64,000 bases of DNA, from the NCBI GenBank assembly GCA_963827275.1, contig CAWHAA010000007.1:277020-341019 (forward strand), read 5' to 3'. How positions within the stretch are numbered: position 1 is the stretch's first letter; each line of letters opens with the position of its first letter. A model generated the notes under the pieces. It ran no database searches. It was not told the DNA's origin and saw nothing but the letters and a program-made list of their open reading frames with translations. Below, one piece after another: positions 11,555 through 20,592 of this stretch. A program made the position numbers and the translations under genes. This DNA is from an uncultured Spirochaetota bacterium (GTDB lineage: Bacteria > Spirochaetota > UBA4802 > UBA5550).

Positions 11555-12541
11555 TTATTTCAGGATCCTGGATCCCTTGATCTCGTTTTCAGGTATTGAA
11601 ACCGTCCCGCCCGGTGTAAGTATGGTGTACCGGGCGCCGCGGGAGATGACGGCCCCCTGGATCACCCGTCCGTTGTACAATGTGATTTCATCGATGCGGT
11701 TGAAAACTTCCCGTATCTCATCCATCGAACGTGTTTTTTTCTCCATGAGGGCTTTCAGTTTTTCCTGTTTCGCCTCCGCTGAAAGCGTGTCTCCCTCTTT
11801 CGCATCGGATTCTTTTTCCTTAACGGCGGCGTTTTTAACTTCGGACTCTATGGCCGCGGGGTCCTTTTTATACGCTTCAGGGACCACCGGAACGGATTCG
11901 ATCTTCTTGAGCTCGCTCTTTTCGGACTCGGATATCGGGCGCACATTCAGCGCCAGCGGCGCTGCCGTCCCTGCGGAGGCCGCCTTTATTTCAGCGGTGT
12001 TGCCCGCTACCGCGAGAGTTTCTTCCGGTGCGGGTGCCTGCTTCCCGGCGTCATCCGCGCGCGCCGCGCTGACGGCGACCTTGCCCTCGCTGACGGCGAC
12101 CAGGGTCGTGCCTTCACGGTAGTTCACGCTGAACTGGGTGCCGCGCACGCCGGCGACCGCGGTCGGTGTCCGTATTGTCGCGTTGTTGTTGCCGGTGCGG
12201 ACCAGCTTCGCCAGTACCTGCCCCTGTTCGACAAATATTTCCCGATTGTTATCGGTGACCGCGGTCACCTTGAGTGTCGATGTCTCATCCACCCGAACCA
12301 CGCAGTTTTCGGCGAACTGGATCACGGCGGCTGATTTGTCGCCTGTCATGATCGTGTCCCCGGTGCGGACGGCGTCTTTGATCTGCAATTCCACCGGCTG
12401 GCCGGCCGCCGGCTGTATTTTTACGGAACCGAGCTTGAAGGTTACAATGCCGGCATTAGAATCCGGCTTTTTTTCCTTGCATGCGGTCATAAGAGCAGCA
12501 CCGATAACTATCGTGAGGATGATGAATATGGTTCGTTTCAT
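11555..12541 (-). CDS. FecR-domain lipoprotein, LipL45-like
   Basis: Lipobox LMTA-C; FecR motifs 'GDTIMTGDKSAA', 'IRTPTAVAGVRGTQFSV', 'VSEGKVAV'; C-terminal 'IDEITLYNGRVIQGAV'. Confidence 0.8.
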   Translation of the reverse strand: MKRTIFIILTIVIGAALMTACKEKKPDSNAGIVTFKLGSVKIQPAAGQPVELQIKDAVRTGDTIMTGDKSAAVIQFAENCVVRVDETSTLKVTAVTDNNREIFVEQGQVLAKLVRTGNNNATIRTPTAVAGVRGTQFSVNYREGTTLVAVSEGKVAVSAARADDAGKQAPAPEETLAVAGNTAEIKAASAGTAAPLALNVRPISESEKSELKKIESVPVVPEAYKKDPAAIESEVKNAAVKEKESDAKEGDTLSAEAKQEKLKALMEKKTRSMDEIREVFNRIDEITLYNGRVIQGAVISRGARYTILTPGGTVSIPENEIKGSRILK

Positions 12542-12877
12542 GGGATAGTGACTCCTTGGTTTTGAGATGCACGACTAATAATATACAGTATACCGATTAA
12601 TAATTCAATTAAATTTTTTTAGACTTTCACCTGCCGATTTTATAAAATTGAGAACTATTTGCTTGCAGGAATGGTCTATTGGCCATCAGATATCTTATTC
12701 AGAATACATGAGAAGGGACCATTATTTAATAAATCCGCCAATTTTTTTGTTTGATGTGTCTTTAACGCAACACCAATAATATGCCGGTGGTATAGTTGAT
12801 ATATAGCTGATTATATCGTATATTATATAGAAGAATCACTAGAATATAACCCGGCATGTATTATAAAGGGGGCCAGT

Positions 12878-14128
12878 ATGAAAAGAATTTTTATAGCCAT
12901 TGTCATTATTTTGACCACCATGGCGCTCTATGCGGATGAAATCCACCTGGTGGACGGCACGATCCTCAAGGGGGCCATCATCCAGATAACCGGCAGCGTT
13001 GTTGAATACGACCCGGAGGGACCGGCCGCCTTTGATACCGTGCCGCGCGAACAGGTTTCAAAGATCAAATATGACAGCGGCAAAGTACAGCGGATGCAGG
13101 TGGATACCATATACCTGTCAGGCGGGGAGACGATCAGGTGCTCCATCGTCAGGGTGACGAAGGACGCGGTCGTCTACACGCAGGAAGATGCCGTCACGGA
13201 GAAAACGATAGGACGGGACAGGATCGCCAGGATGGAGTTCGGCGACGGAAAGGTTATTGACCTGCCTGCCCCGGACCTGGCGGCGAGTGACGATGGCGTG
13301 GTGAAGAAGCAGACGGGCGGCTACCTTGATTCAATATTCAGAATTTCGGTCTTCGGCGGCGGGGGAGGGCTCCAGGGCGGAATGCTCGACAAGGAGCGGC
13401 GTGTCTTCAGGGCCTATGAGCCGGACCTCATACTCGCGGATATTTTTCCCGATGAGCATTATCAGTTCACGACGTTCGGGACCGGGGGCGTTGAAATTGA
13501 ATTCATGGCGCCAGCGATAAAGTTTGCGCAGAAACGGGGGTTCGATTTAACCGGCATCAAGTTCGGTCTCCGCGGGCGCTACGGGTATGAACGCATCACC
13601 TCCCGCATCACGAGCAGCGAGTACGGCTGGGGCCGCGGGTACAGGGAGCTTCTCGGCACGCTGATGGACTACCACTACTGGACCGCCGGCCCCGGGATGG
13701 GCCTGGTGTTTACGCCGCGGAGCAATGCGTTCTCGTTCATCCTGAACTTTTACGGGACCGCGGGCCAGGTGTTCGGCGGCAACCTGAATCCCCTGACGGC
13801 GCTCCGCGATTCAAAATTGCTCTGGGGGCGCCTGGCCGGCGTATGGCCCGACCCGTGGAACCTTGTTCCCGCTCCCCTGATGGGATGGGCCAATCTGTTT
13901 ACCATGCCGGGCTTGAACAGGACCGGCATCCGCGGGTACACGATACGGGCCGGCTTCGGACCTGAGTTCGCGCTTAACCGGCATTTTCCGATCATCATAG
14001 GCACGCACCTGACCTATGCGTATACCGCCCTCACCATGGGGCGGGCGCCGGTCATGTACGCCGATGGGAACAGAAAGGCCGCGCACCACGAAGTGGGCGC
14101 AGAGATTTCCGTCGGCCTGCATTTTTAG
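12878..14128 (+). CDS. Secreted protein: two 'D.I.L.DG..I.G.I' domains and a probable outer-membrane beta-barrel
   Basis: Signal peptide (ALYA-D); duplicated N-terminal domain; C-terminal 'GAEISVGLHF'. Confidence 0.75.
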   Translation: MKRIFIAIVIILTTMALYADEIHLVDGTILKGAIIQITGSVVEYDPEGPAAFDTVPREQVSKIKYDSGKVQRMQVDTIYLSGGETIRCSIVRVTKDAVVYTQEDAVTEKTIGRDRIARMEFGDGKVIDLPAPDLAASDDGVVKKQTGGYLDSIFRISVFGGGGGLQGGMLDKERRVFRAYEPDLILADIFPDEHYQFTTFGTGGVEIEFMAPAIKFAQKRGFDLTGIKFGLRGRYGYERITSRITSSEYGWGRGYRELLGTLMDYHYWTAGPGMGLVFTPRSNAFSFILNFYGTAGQVFGGNLNPLTALRDSKLLWGRLAGVWPDPWNLVPAPLMGWANLFTMPGLNRTGIRGYTIRAGFGPEFALNRHFPIIIGTHLTYAYTALTMGRAPVMYADGNRKAAHHEVGAEISVGLHF

Positions 14129-14164
14129 CGCCGGTTTTTTACCTGCGCGCACGCCTATAATTTC

Positions 14165-14193
14165 TTGACACGTAACAGGCCCTTTTATAAGGT
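14165..14193 (+). promoter_or_regulatory. Putative sigma70 promoter of the polyamine operon
   Basis: TTGACA (14165-70), 17-nt spacer, TAAGGT (14188-93). Confidence 0.55.
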
Positions 14194-14198
14194 TAAAG

Positions 14199-14298
14199 CC
14201 TGTCGAAACGGGACTGTCTGAAGCCCTTTGCCGCGCCTGCGTGTCCCTTTCAGGGGAATAATGGCGCGAGCACGATGGTCCGTCACTGAGTCTGTTAC
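14199..14298 (+). ncRNA. Candidate structured 5' leader of the DHS-like/ODC operon
   Basis: Nested stems GGACUGUC/GAUGGUCC, UGCCGCGCC/GGCGCG(A)GCA and UCCCU/GGGGA, plus a competing 5' hairpin. No known family recognised. Confidence 0.35.
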
Positions 14299-14330
14299 AA
14301 TAATCATATACCATTCCAGGATGTGCGATC

Positions 14331-15516
14331 ATGAAACACGAGAACCCGAATTGCCCGGGAAAGCAGAAATATCTTTCCGGGAAAAGGATACTGCCCGCGC
14401 CGATAACAAAGGACACCGATATCGTGCAGCTGATCGACAACCTCGACGCCTACAACGGCGGCCGCCTCCGCGCCGCGTGCCAGCTGCTGCGCGACCGCTA
14501 TTCAAAAGACGATGTCACCGTGGGCCTGAGCCTCGCCGGCGCGCTGACGCCCGCCGGGCTTGGCCCCTCCACGGTGATCCCGCTGATGAACCACGGCTTT
14601 GTCGACTGGATCACCGCCACCGGGGCGAACATGTATCATGACATGCACTACGCGCTTAATCTGCCGATGTTCAGGGGCAGCCACACGGTCGATGACGCAG
14701 ATCTAAGGGACAAGGGCGTGACCAGGATCTACGACATCCTGTTCGACTATGAGGACGTCCTCATGGAAACGGACCGTGTTCTCAGGAGGATACTGCTGCG
14801 GCCGGAGTTCCAGAAGGAGATGGGGACCCGCGAATTTTACCACCATCTCGGGAAGGTCCTGGATGAATACGAGAAGAAGAACGGCCTGGGCCAGGTGAGC
14901 ATTCTGGCCGCGGCATACCGGAACGGCATACCCGTCTTCACCTCCTCGCCGGGGGACTCGACCCATCGGGATGAACGTGGCGGGGCTCGAGCTGCTGGCC
15001 GAGGCGGCGGGGTTGACGCATCTTTTTAAACTGAAGATCAATCCCAGCATCGATGTCAATGATTCCACCGCCATCATACTGAACGCGAAGCGGTACGAAA
15101 AGGGGAAGACCGCGGTGATACTCATCGGCGGCGGCAGCCCGAAGAACTTCATGCTCCAGACCGAGCCGCAGATCCAGGAGGTGCTCATGATCCCGGAGGT
15201 GGGGCAGGACTACGACATCAACATCACCGACGCCAGGCCCGATACCGGCGGTCTGTCCGGGGCGCCCCCCAGCGAGGCGGCAAGCTGGGGCAAGATCGAT
15301 CCCACGAAGCTCGACGAGACCGTGACCGCGTACCTCGACGTGACGCTCGCCTTTCCCCTGCTGATGGCGTATGCCCTGAAGACCACCAGCCCCAAAAAGC
15401 TGAAGCGGCTCTACGACCGGGGCGAGGAGCTGCACAGGAAGCTGATCGAGTCGTACCTGGAGAACAACAAGGAAGTCGATGAGCTGAAAAAGCTCATGGG
15501 AAAATTGCAGGCATAA
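14331..15516 (+). CDS. Deoxyhypusine-synthase-like protein (probable homospermidine synthase); single frameshift near 14966
   Basis: Motifs '[11 protein letters not shown]', 'TGANMYHD', 'GGGSPKNF', 'DTGGLSGA', 'EAASWGK' (catalytic Lys). An extra C in 'tcgacccatcggg' splits ...GDSTIGMN between ORFs 14331..15029 and 14971..15516. Confidence 0.85.
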
Positions 15517-15534
15517 CGGCTGACGGCGGCGATA

Positions 15535-16665
15535 ATGAAAAAGAAGCTTTTAGAGATGGCCGAAAAATACGGCACGCCACTTTTTATCCTCGACCATGCC
15601 AGGATACGGGCGAACTACCGCATGTTCAAAAAGAACCTTCCGCGGGTCCAGTGCTACTACGCGGTCAAGGCGAACTCGAACCCGGAAATAATCAAGACCC
15701 TCTTTGACGAGGGGTCGAGCTTCGATGTCGCGTCGTACAACGAGTTCATGCAGGTCCATGAATACATCAAGCATTTCGATAAGCATGAGAAAGAGTATTA
15801 TATCTGGGACAAGATCATCTTTTCGAACACGATCAAGGACCGGGAGACGCTCCGGAAGATCAAGCGCTACCGTCCCCTGGTCACCTATGACAACATCGAC
15901 GAGGTGAAGAAGATAAAGCAGTACTGCAATACCGCCGGGCTCGTATTGCGGCTCAAGGTGCCGGACATAGGGTCGCAGGTTGAGATGAGCTCGAAGTTCG
16001 GTGCCGAGCCGGCGGAGGCGTATGACCTGATCCGCCAGGCGGCTGAAATGGGACTCTCGGTGGAGGGGATCAGCTTCCACGTCGGGAGCCAGTGCACCAA
16101 TTTCGACAATTACACCGCCGCCCTGGAGATAACCTCCGAGATATTCAATGACGCCCGCAAAAAGGGGCACGAGCTGTACCTCATAGACATAGGGGGAGGG
16201 TTCCCCGTGCCGTACGATGCGCAGGTCCCGCGCTTTGAAAAGCTCGCAGGGGTGCTGAACGCAGAATTCAAGCGCCTCTTCCCGGACGATATCGAAATTC
16301 TCGCAGAGCCGGGCAGGTTCATGGTGGCCACCGCCGCGACGCTCGTGACCGAGATTATCGGGAAAGCGCGCAGGGACGGAAAGCTGTTCTATCATATCAA
16401 TGACGGGGTATACCACACCTTTTCAGGCGTGGTGTACGACCACTGGATCCCCAATTTCAAGCCGTTCCGGCAGGGGAAGCGCGAAGTGTGCGCCGTGGTC
16501 GGTCCAACCTGCGACAGTTTCGACAAGGTCTCGCTGTCCGTCCACCTGCCGCGCAATCTTGAGATCGGGGACTGCCTCTACACGGAAAACATCGGCGCCT
16601 ACAGCACCGCTTCCACCACCAGGTTCAATGGCTTTGAGGGCGCAAAAATAAAGCATATCTACTGA
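15535..16665 (+). CDS. Fold-type III PLP-dependent ornithine/lysine decarboxylase
   Basis: YAVKAN (PLP Lys), FHVGSQ, DIGGGF, EPGRF, GPTCDS, GAYS. Confidence 0.9.
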   Translation: MKKKLLEMAEKYGTPLFILDHARIRANYRMFKKNLPRVQCYYAVKANSNPEIIKTLFDEGSSFDVASYNEFMQVHEYIKHFDKHEKEYYIWDKIIFSNTIKDRETLRKIKRYRPLVTYDNIDEVKKIKQYCNTAGLVLRLKVPDIGSQVEMSSKFGAEPAEAYDLIRQAAEMGLSVEGISFHVGSQCTNFDNYTAALEITSEIFNDARKKGHELYLIDIGGGFPVPYDAQVPRFEKLAGVLNAEFKRLFPDDIEILAEPGRFMVATAATLVTEIIGKARRDGKLFYHINDGVYHTFSGVVYDHWIPNFKPFRQGKREVCAVVGPTCDSFDKVSLSVHLPRNLEIGDCLYTENIGAYSTASTTRFNGFEGAKIKHIY

Positions 16666-16802
16666 TACAGTCGTTACTATCAATTTAAAAAATTCTTTTT
16701 GAAAAATTCTTATGAGACATAATATTTTTATTGACAAAAAAATATCAATATGGGCAAAATATAAGGTTGTCGAATATATAAAGAGACAATTGGAGGGGGC
16801 CA

Positions 16803-17177
16803 ATGAACATACGCGCAAAGAGCATTGGAAACATCACGGTTGTTTACTTGATCGGTCGGCTCGATATATTTGAGTCCGAGTCCGCGGAGATGGACCTGTT
16901 CGACATTGTGGAAGAAAATCCGGAAAACCACATGGTGATCGTCCTTGAAAAGCTTGATTACCTGAGCAGTTCGGGATTGCGGATATTCATCTCGCTCAAG
17001 CGCTTCCTTGAAAACAGGGGGAGGCGTTTGATCCTCTGCAACGACAGAAACAATGCGGTGAATATATTTTTCAAGATCGTCAATATCGGACAGATGTTCG
17101 ATATTTTCAGGTCGGAGGACGAGGCGGCACGGTATATTGCCGCCGGGAAAAAGACGAAAGCGGGCCGCGTGGCCTGA
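16803..17177 (+). CDS. STAS-domain anti-sigma factor antagonist
   Basis: 'LIGRLD', 'LDYLSSSGLR'; RBS GGAGG. Confidence 0.9.
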   Translation: MNIRAKSIGNITVVYLIGRLDIFESESAEMDLFDIVEENPENHMVIVLEKLDYLSSSGLRIFISLKRFLENRGRRLILCNDRNNAVNIFFKIVNIGQMFDIFRSEDEAARYIAAGKKTKAGRVA

Positions 17178-17257
17178 TGCGTCCTTCCTGTTAACGCGCA
17201 ACTGCCGCGCTACCGCTGCCGGCGGCCCCGGCAGGCGGAAATCAATGGGTCCTGCCA

Positions 17258-17824
17258 ATGGAATATGCAGAGCTGCTGAAAAAACGTCGTTCCGTTCGCC
17301 TCTATGAAGACCGGCCGGTTACCGCCGGTCTTCTCCGTGAAATAATACGGGAAAGCACCCTGGCCCCGAGCTCGGGAAACAACCAGCCGTGGCGCCTCGT
17401 TATCGTTGTCAACAGGGACATGATGCGGCGGATCTCTGATGAAAGCAAGAAGAACCTTGTCGCCAGGATCGAGGCCAACCCGGGTGATTACATCGTCCGC
17501 TACGAAACGGCGCTGAGAAACAGGGAGTACAATGTCTTCTACAACGCGCCGGCGCTTGTGATAGTCGCCGGACCGCGCGGGTACCGGAACCTTCTGGTCG
17601 ATTGCGCGCTCTTTGCCGGGTACCTGATGAACGCCGCCGCGGCCCGCGGCCTGGGGTCGTGCTGGGTGAACCTGGGTTCCGACGTGCGGGACCCGGGCCT
17701 CCGGAGCGAACTGGGGCTCGGTGAAGAGGACCAGATCGTTGCGCCGGTCATAATCGGTTATCCCGCGCAGGTCCCGACGGCGCCGGACCGGAAAGAGCCG
17801 GTCATCCTTTCAACCATCGAGTAA
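17258..17824 (+). CDS. Nitroreductase family protein
   Basis: 'RRSVRLY', 'APSSGNNQPW', 'GLGSCW'. Confidence 0.9.
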   Translation: MEYAELLKKRRSVRLYEDRPVTAGLLREIIRESTLAPSSGNNQPWRLVIVVNRDMMRRISDESKKNLVARIEANPGDYIVRYETALRNREYNVFYNAPALVIVAGPRGYRNLLVDCALFAGYLMNAAAARGLGSCWVNLGSDVRDPGLRSELGLGEEDQIVAPVIIGYPAQVPTAPDRKEPVILSTIE

Positions 17825-19182
17825 TGATACAGGACCAGCGCATACAATTCCTCAACAGCAAAGGGGCCCGTCCCGGGTCCTATGTCCTTTACTGGATGCA
17901 GCAGTCGCAGAGGGCCGAGTGCAACCACGCGCTGGAGTATGCCATCGTGCGTGGCAACGAGCTCGGCCTCCCGGTCATCGTCTTCTTCGGCCTGACCGGC
18001 TCCTTTCCGGAGGCGAACGCGCGCCATTATGCGTTCATGCTGGAGGGCCTGCGCCGGGTGAAAAAGGACCTGGAGCGGCGCGGCATTCTCTTCGTCACGC
18101 GGATTGTTTCTCCGGAAAAGGGAGCGGTCGAGCTGGGGAAGGGCGCGGCGCTCGCGGTGACCGACAGGGGCTATCTCCGCGTGCAGAAAGAATGGCGCGC
18201 GGCCGCGGCCGAGCGGATCGCCTGCGGACTCGTGCAGGTGGAATCGGACGTGGTGGTGCCGGTGGACACCGCTTCCATGAAAGAGGAATACAGCGCCGGA
18301 ACGTTCCGGCCGAAGATAACGCGCCTCCTGTACGGGTACCTGGCCCCGCTGAAAAAGCGCCGGTGCGGCCGCGCCTCCCTCGGCATGGACATCCCTTCCG
18401 ACAGCATCGACGATACGGCCGCACTGCTCCGCACGCTCCGCGTTGACGACACGGTGCCGCCGGTCGTCAACCTCAGGGGCGGCACCGCTGCGGCGAAGCG
18501 GCTCCTGTCCGGCTTTATCGACCGGAAGCTTGCTTCGTTCGGGGAGTCCAGGAACGATCCGGGCGAAGACACCCTCTCCCGCATGAGCCCCTATCTCCAC
18601 TTCGGCCAGATATCGCCGCTCCAGATCGCCCTTGACGTGATCGACTCCGGGTCGCCGGGAAAGGACCGGTACCTGGAGGAGCTTATCGTGCGCCGCGAGC
18701 TGGCAATGAATTTCGTGCACCACAACCCCGTTTATGACCGCTATGCCTGCCTTCCCGAATGGGCGAAGAAAACCCTTGCCGCCCACGCGCGCGACCGGCG
18801 TGAATACGTCTATTCGCGCGACGAGCTGGAGCGCGCGGCCACGCACGACCGGTACTGGAACGCCGCCCAGGCGGAGATGGTCCGCGACGGGAAGATGCAC
18901 GGGTACATGAGGATGTACTGGGGGAAAAAGATCTTAGAGTGGACACGGGACCCGGAAGAGGCCTACCGCATCGCCCTCTATCTCAACAACAGGTACAGCG
19001 TCGATGGGCGGGACCCGAACGGCTATGCGGGCGTCGCCTGGTGCTTCGGCAAGCATGACCGCGCCTGGCCGGAGCGTAAGTTTTTCGGCAAGGTGCGGTA
19101 CATGAACGACAGGGGACTTGAGAGGAAATTCGACATGGACGCCTACTGCGCCCGCGTGGGACCCGCCCCGGTCCGCCCGTAA
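17824..19182 (+). CDS. phrB: Class II CPD DNA photolyase
   Basis: 'VLYWM', 'SRMSPYLHFGQIS', 'EELIVRRELA.NF', 'GKMHGYMRMYWGKKILEW', 'DGRDPNGY'; start overlaps the nitroreductase stop. Confidence 0.92.
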   Translation: MIQDQRIQFLNSKGARPGSYVLYWMQQSQRAECNHALEYAIVRGNELGLPVIVFFGLTGSFPEANARHYAFMLEGLRRVKKDLERRGILFVTRIVSPEKGAVELGKGAALAVTDRGYLRVQKEWRAAAAERIACGLVQVESDVVVPVDTASMKEEYSAGTFRPKITRLLYGYLAPLKKRRCGRASLGMDIPSDSIDDTAALLRTLRVDDTVPPVVNLRGGTAAAKRLLSGFIDRKLASFGESRNDPGEDTLSRMSPYLHFGQISPLQIALDVIDSGSPGKDRYLEELIVRRELAMNFVHHNPVYDRYACLPEWAKKTLAAHARDRREYVYSRDELERAATHDRYWNAAQAEMVRDGKMHGYMRMYWGKKILEWTRDPEEAYRIALYLNNRYSVDGRDPNGYAGVAWCFGKHDRAWPERKFFGKVRYMNDRGLERKFDMDAYCARVGPAPVRP

Positions 19183-19217
19183 GTTGTGCTGCCGGCCGGC
19201 CGGGCTGGGGCGATGGC

Positions 19218-19640
19218 TTACTCCCCGTCCGCGTCCCTGCGGCGCGAGATCTTCCGCAGGCCGTGGATCTTTTTTTCTTTCAGGCGCTTCTCCTTCTGTG
19301 ACCTGCTCACCTTCGTCGGCACCCGTTTCCTGGGCACCACAAGCGCCTTCGCCAGCAGCGCGGCAAACTTGGCGATGACGCGCTCGCGGTTGGCGGCCTG
19401 TGAACGCCCGGTCTCGTCGTGTATAACGAGGGTCCCCTGGCGGTTGATGATGTTCTTCAGGCGCTCCCTGATCCGGTCTTTCTGCGCCCCTGACAGGAAC
19501 GCCGTGGCGGTCACGCTGAACCGCAGGGTCACCTTGGTCGCGACCTTGTTCACGTTCTGTCCGCCGGGCCCCGAGGAGCGCGAGGCGGTAATGGTCACCT
19601 CGTCCTCGGGGATGGAGAGCGCGCTGTTGATCTTTATCAT
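19218..19640 (-). CDS. arfB: Alternative ribosome rescue factor B (peptidyl-tRNA hydrolase)
   Basis: 'SRSSGPGGQNVNKV', 'RSQAANRE', basic C-terminal tail. Confidence 0.92.
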   Translation of the reverse strand: MIKINSALSIPEDEVTITASRSSGPGGQNVNKVATKVTLRFSVTATAFLSGAQKDRIRERLKNIINRQGTLVIHDETGRSQAANRERVIAKFAALLAKALVVPRKRVPTKVSRSQKEKRLKEKKIHGLRKISRRRDADGE

Positions 19641-19663
19641 ACCGGCAGAATCAGGTCACATTT

Positions 19664-20320
19664 TCAATAGGTATCATTAACGCGGAACATGATGCCCGCC
19701 TTGCCGTCCAGGCCGAAGGCATGGCCCATGTCCTTCGAATCGTTGATATTGTAATTTCCCACATAACCGATCCCCAGGTCCAGGAAGAGCGTGACATACT
19801 GGCCGATATTGAAATTGAGGCCCAGGGCAAGCATGATATCCAGGCCCAGTATATCGAAGTCGATCTTGGTCTTGCGCGGCAGCAGGGTAAAGTATCCGAG
19901 GCCGACATCAAGGTCCCATGTCGTGAATGTTTTGTTCAGAAACAGGTAATGGAGGCCGATCCGCGGTCCGATCCAGAAGCGTACCGCCTGCGAACGCGCG
20001 ATGCCGAAGCCGAAGGTGTGCGTCATGCCTACCCTGTGAATCGGGTCCGAGGTGTAATTCGAATCCGGGTCAGATACGACGTACTGCTCGTATCCCGCAG
20101 TGAAGCGGTAGTTGAAGAGCGTGTTCCGCGCCGCATTTGAATCAACGATCAGTCCGCCGCCGTAGAAGTAGTCGGTCGAGTTCCCGACTTTTTGTCCATC
20201 ATAATACCAGGTTGAAAATGCCGCACCGCCCGTGCCGTACGCGCCGATGCCGGCCGCCCATGCGGATGTCACAGGGAAAATGACTGCGAACAGGAAACAG
20301 ATAGCAGATTTTTTGATCAT
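19664..20320 (-). CDS. Small outer-membrane beta-barrel protein
   Basis: Likely start MIKKSAICFLF at 20320 with a signal peptide; alternating aromatic/Gly strands. Confidence 0.7.
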   Translation of the reverse strand: MIKKSAICFLFAVIFPVTSAWAAGIGAYGTGGAAFSTWYYDGQKVGNSTDYFYGGGLIVDSNAARNTLFNYRFTAGYEQYVVSDPDSNYTSDPIHRVGMTHTFGFGIARSQAVRFWIGPRIGLHYLFLNKTFTTWDLDVGLGYFTLLPRKTKIDFDILGLDIMLALGLNFNIGQYVTLFLDLGIGYVGNYNINDSKDMGHAFGLDGKAGIMFRVNDTY

Positions 20321-20592
20321 AATTGTTCTACCCCTCCACTTGTGTTGATGAAAAAATGATTTTTTACAATTACCGCTATTACACCCGGGAAAAGAATAGT
20401 GCAATCTATTTATCAAGGGTGCTTTTATAGTATGTCTGTCATATCTTATAAAATAAACAAAAAAATCAAGCACAATGGGAATTTTATCCGGCGCGGTTAT
20501 GCCCCGTATCAGGGGTAAAATTGCCCGGAAATGGCATTTAGGCTTGACAGGGACATCTGAATCGCATAACAATTACATGGGTATTCCATGTC

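Noticed and set aside
14940..15029. Programmed frameshift in the DHS-like gene (antizyme-like polyamine control)
   Set aside because: One extra C in a short C run explains the break, there is no slippery site or stop at the shift point, and similar indels are common in this window. Only read-level confirmation would revive the idea.
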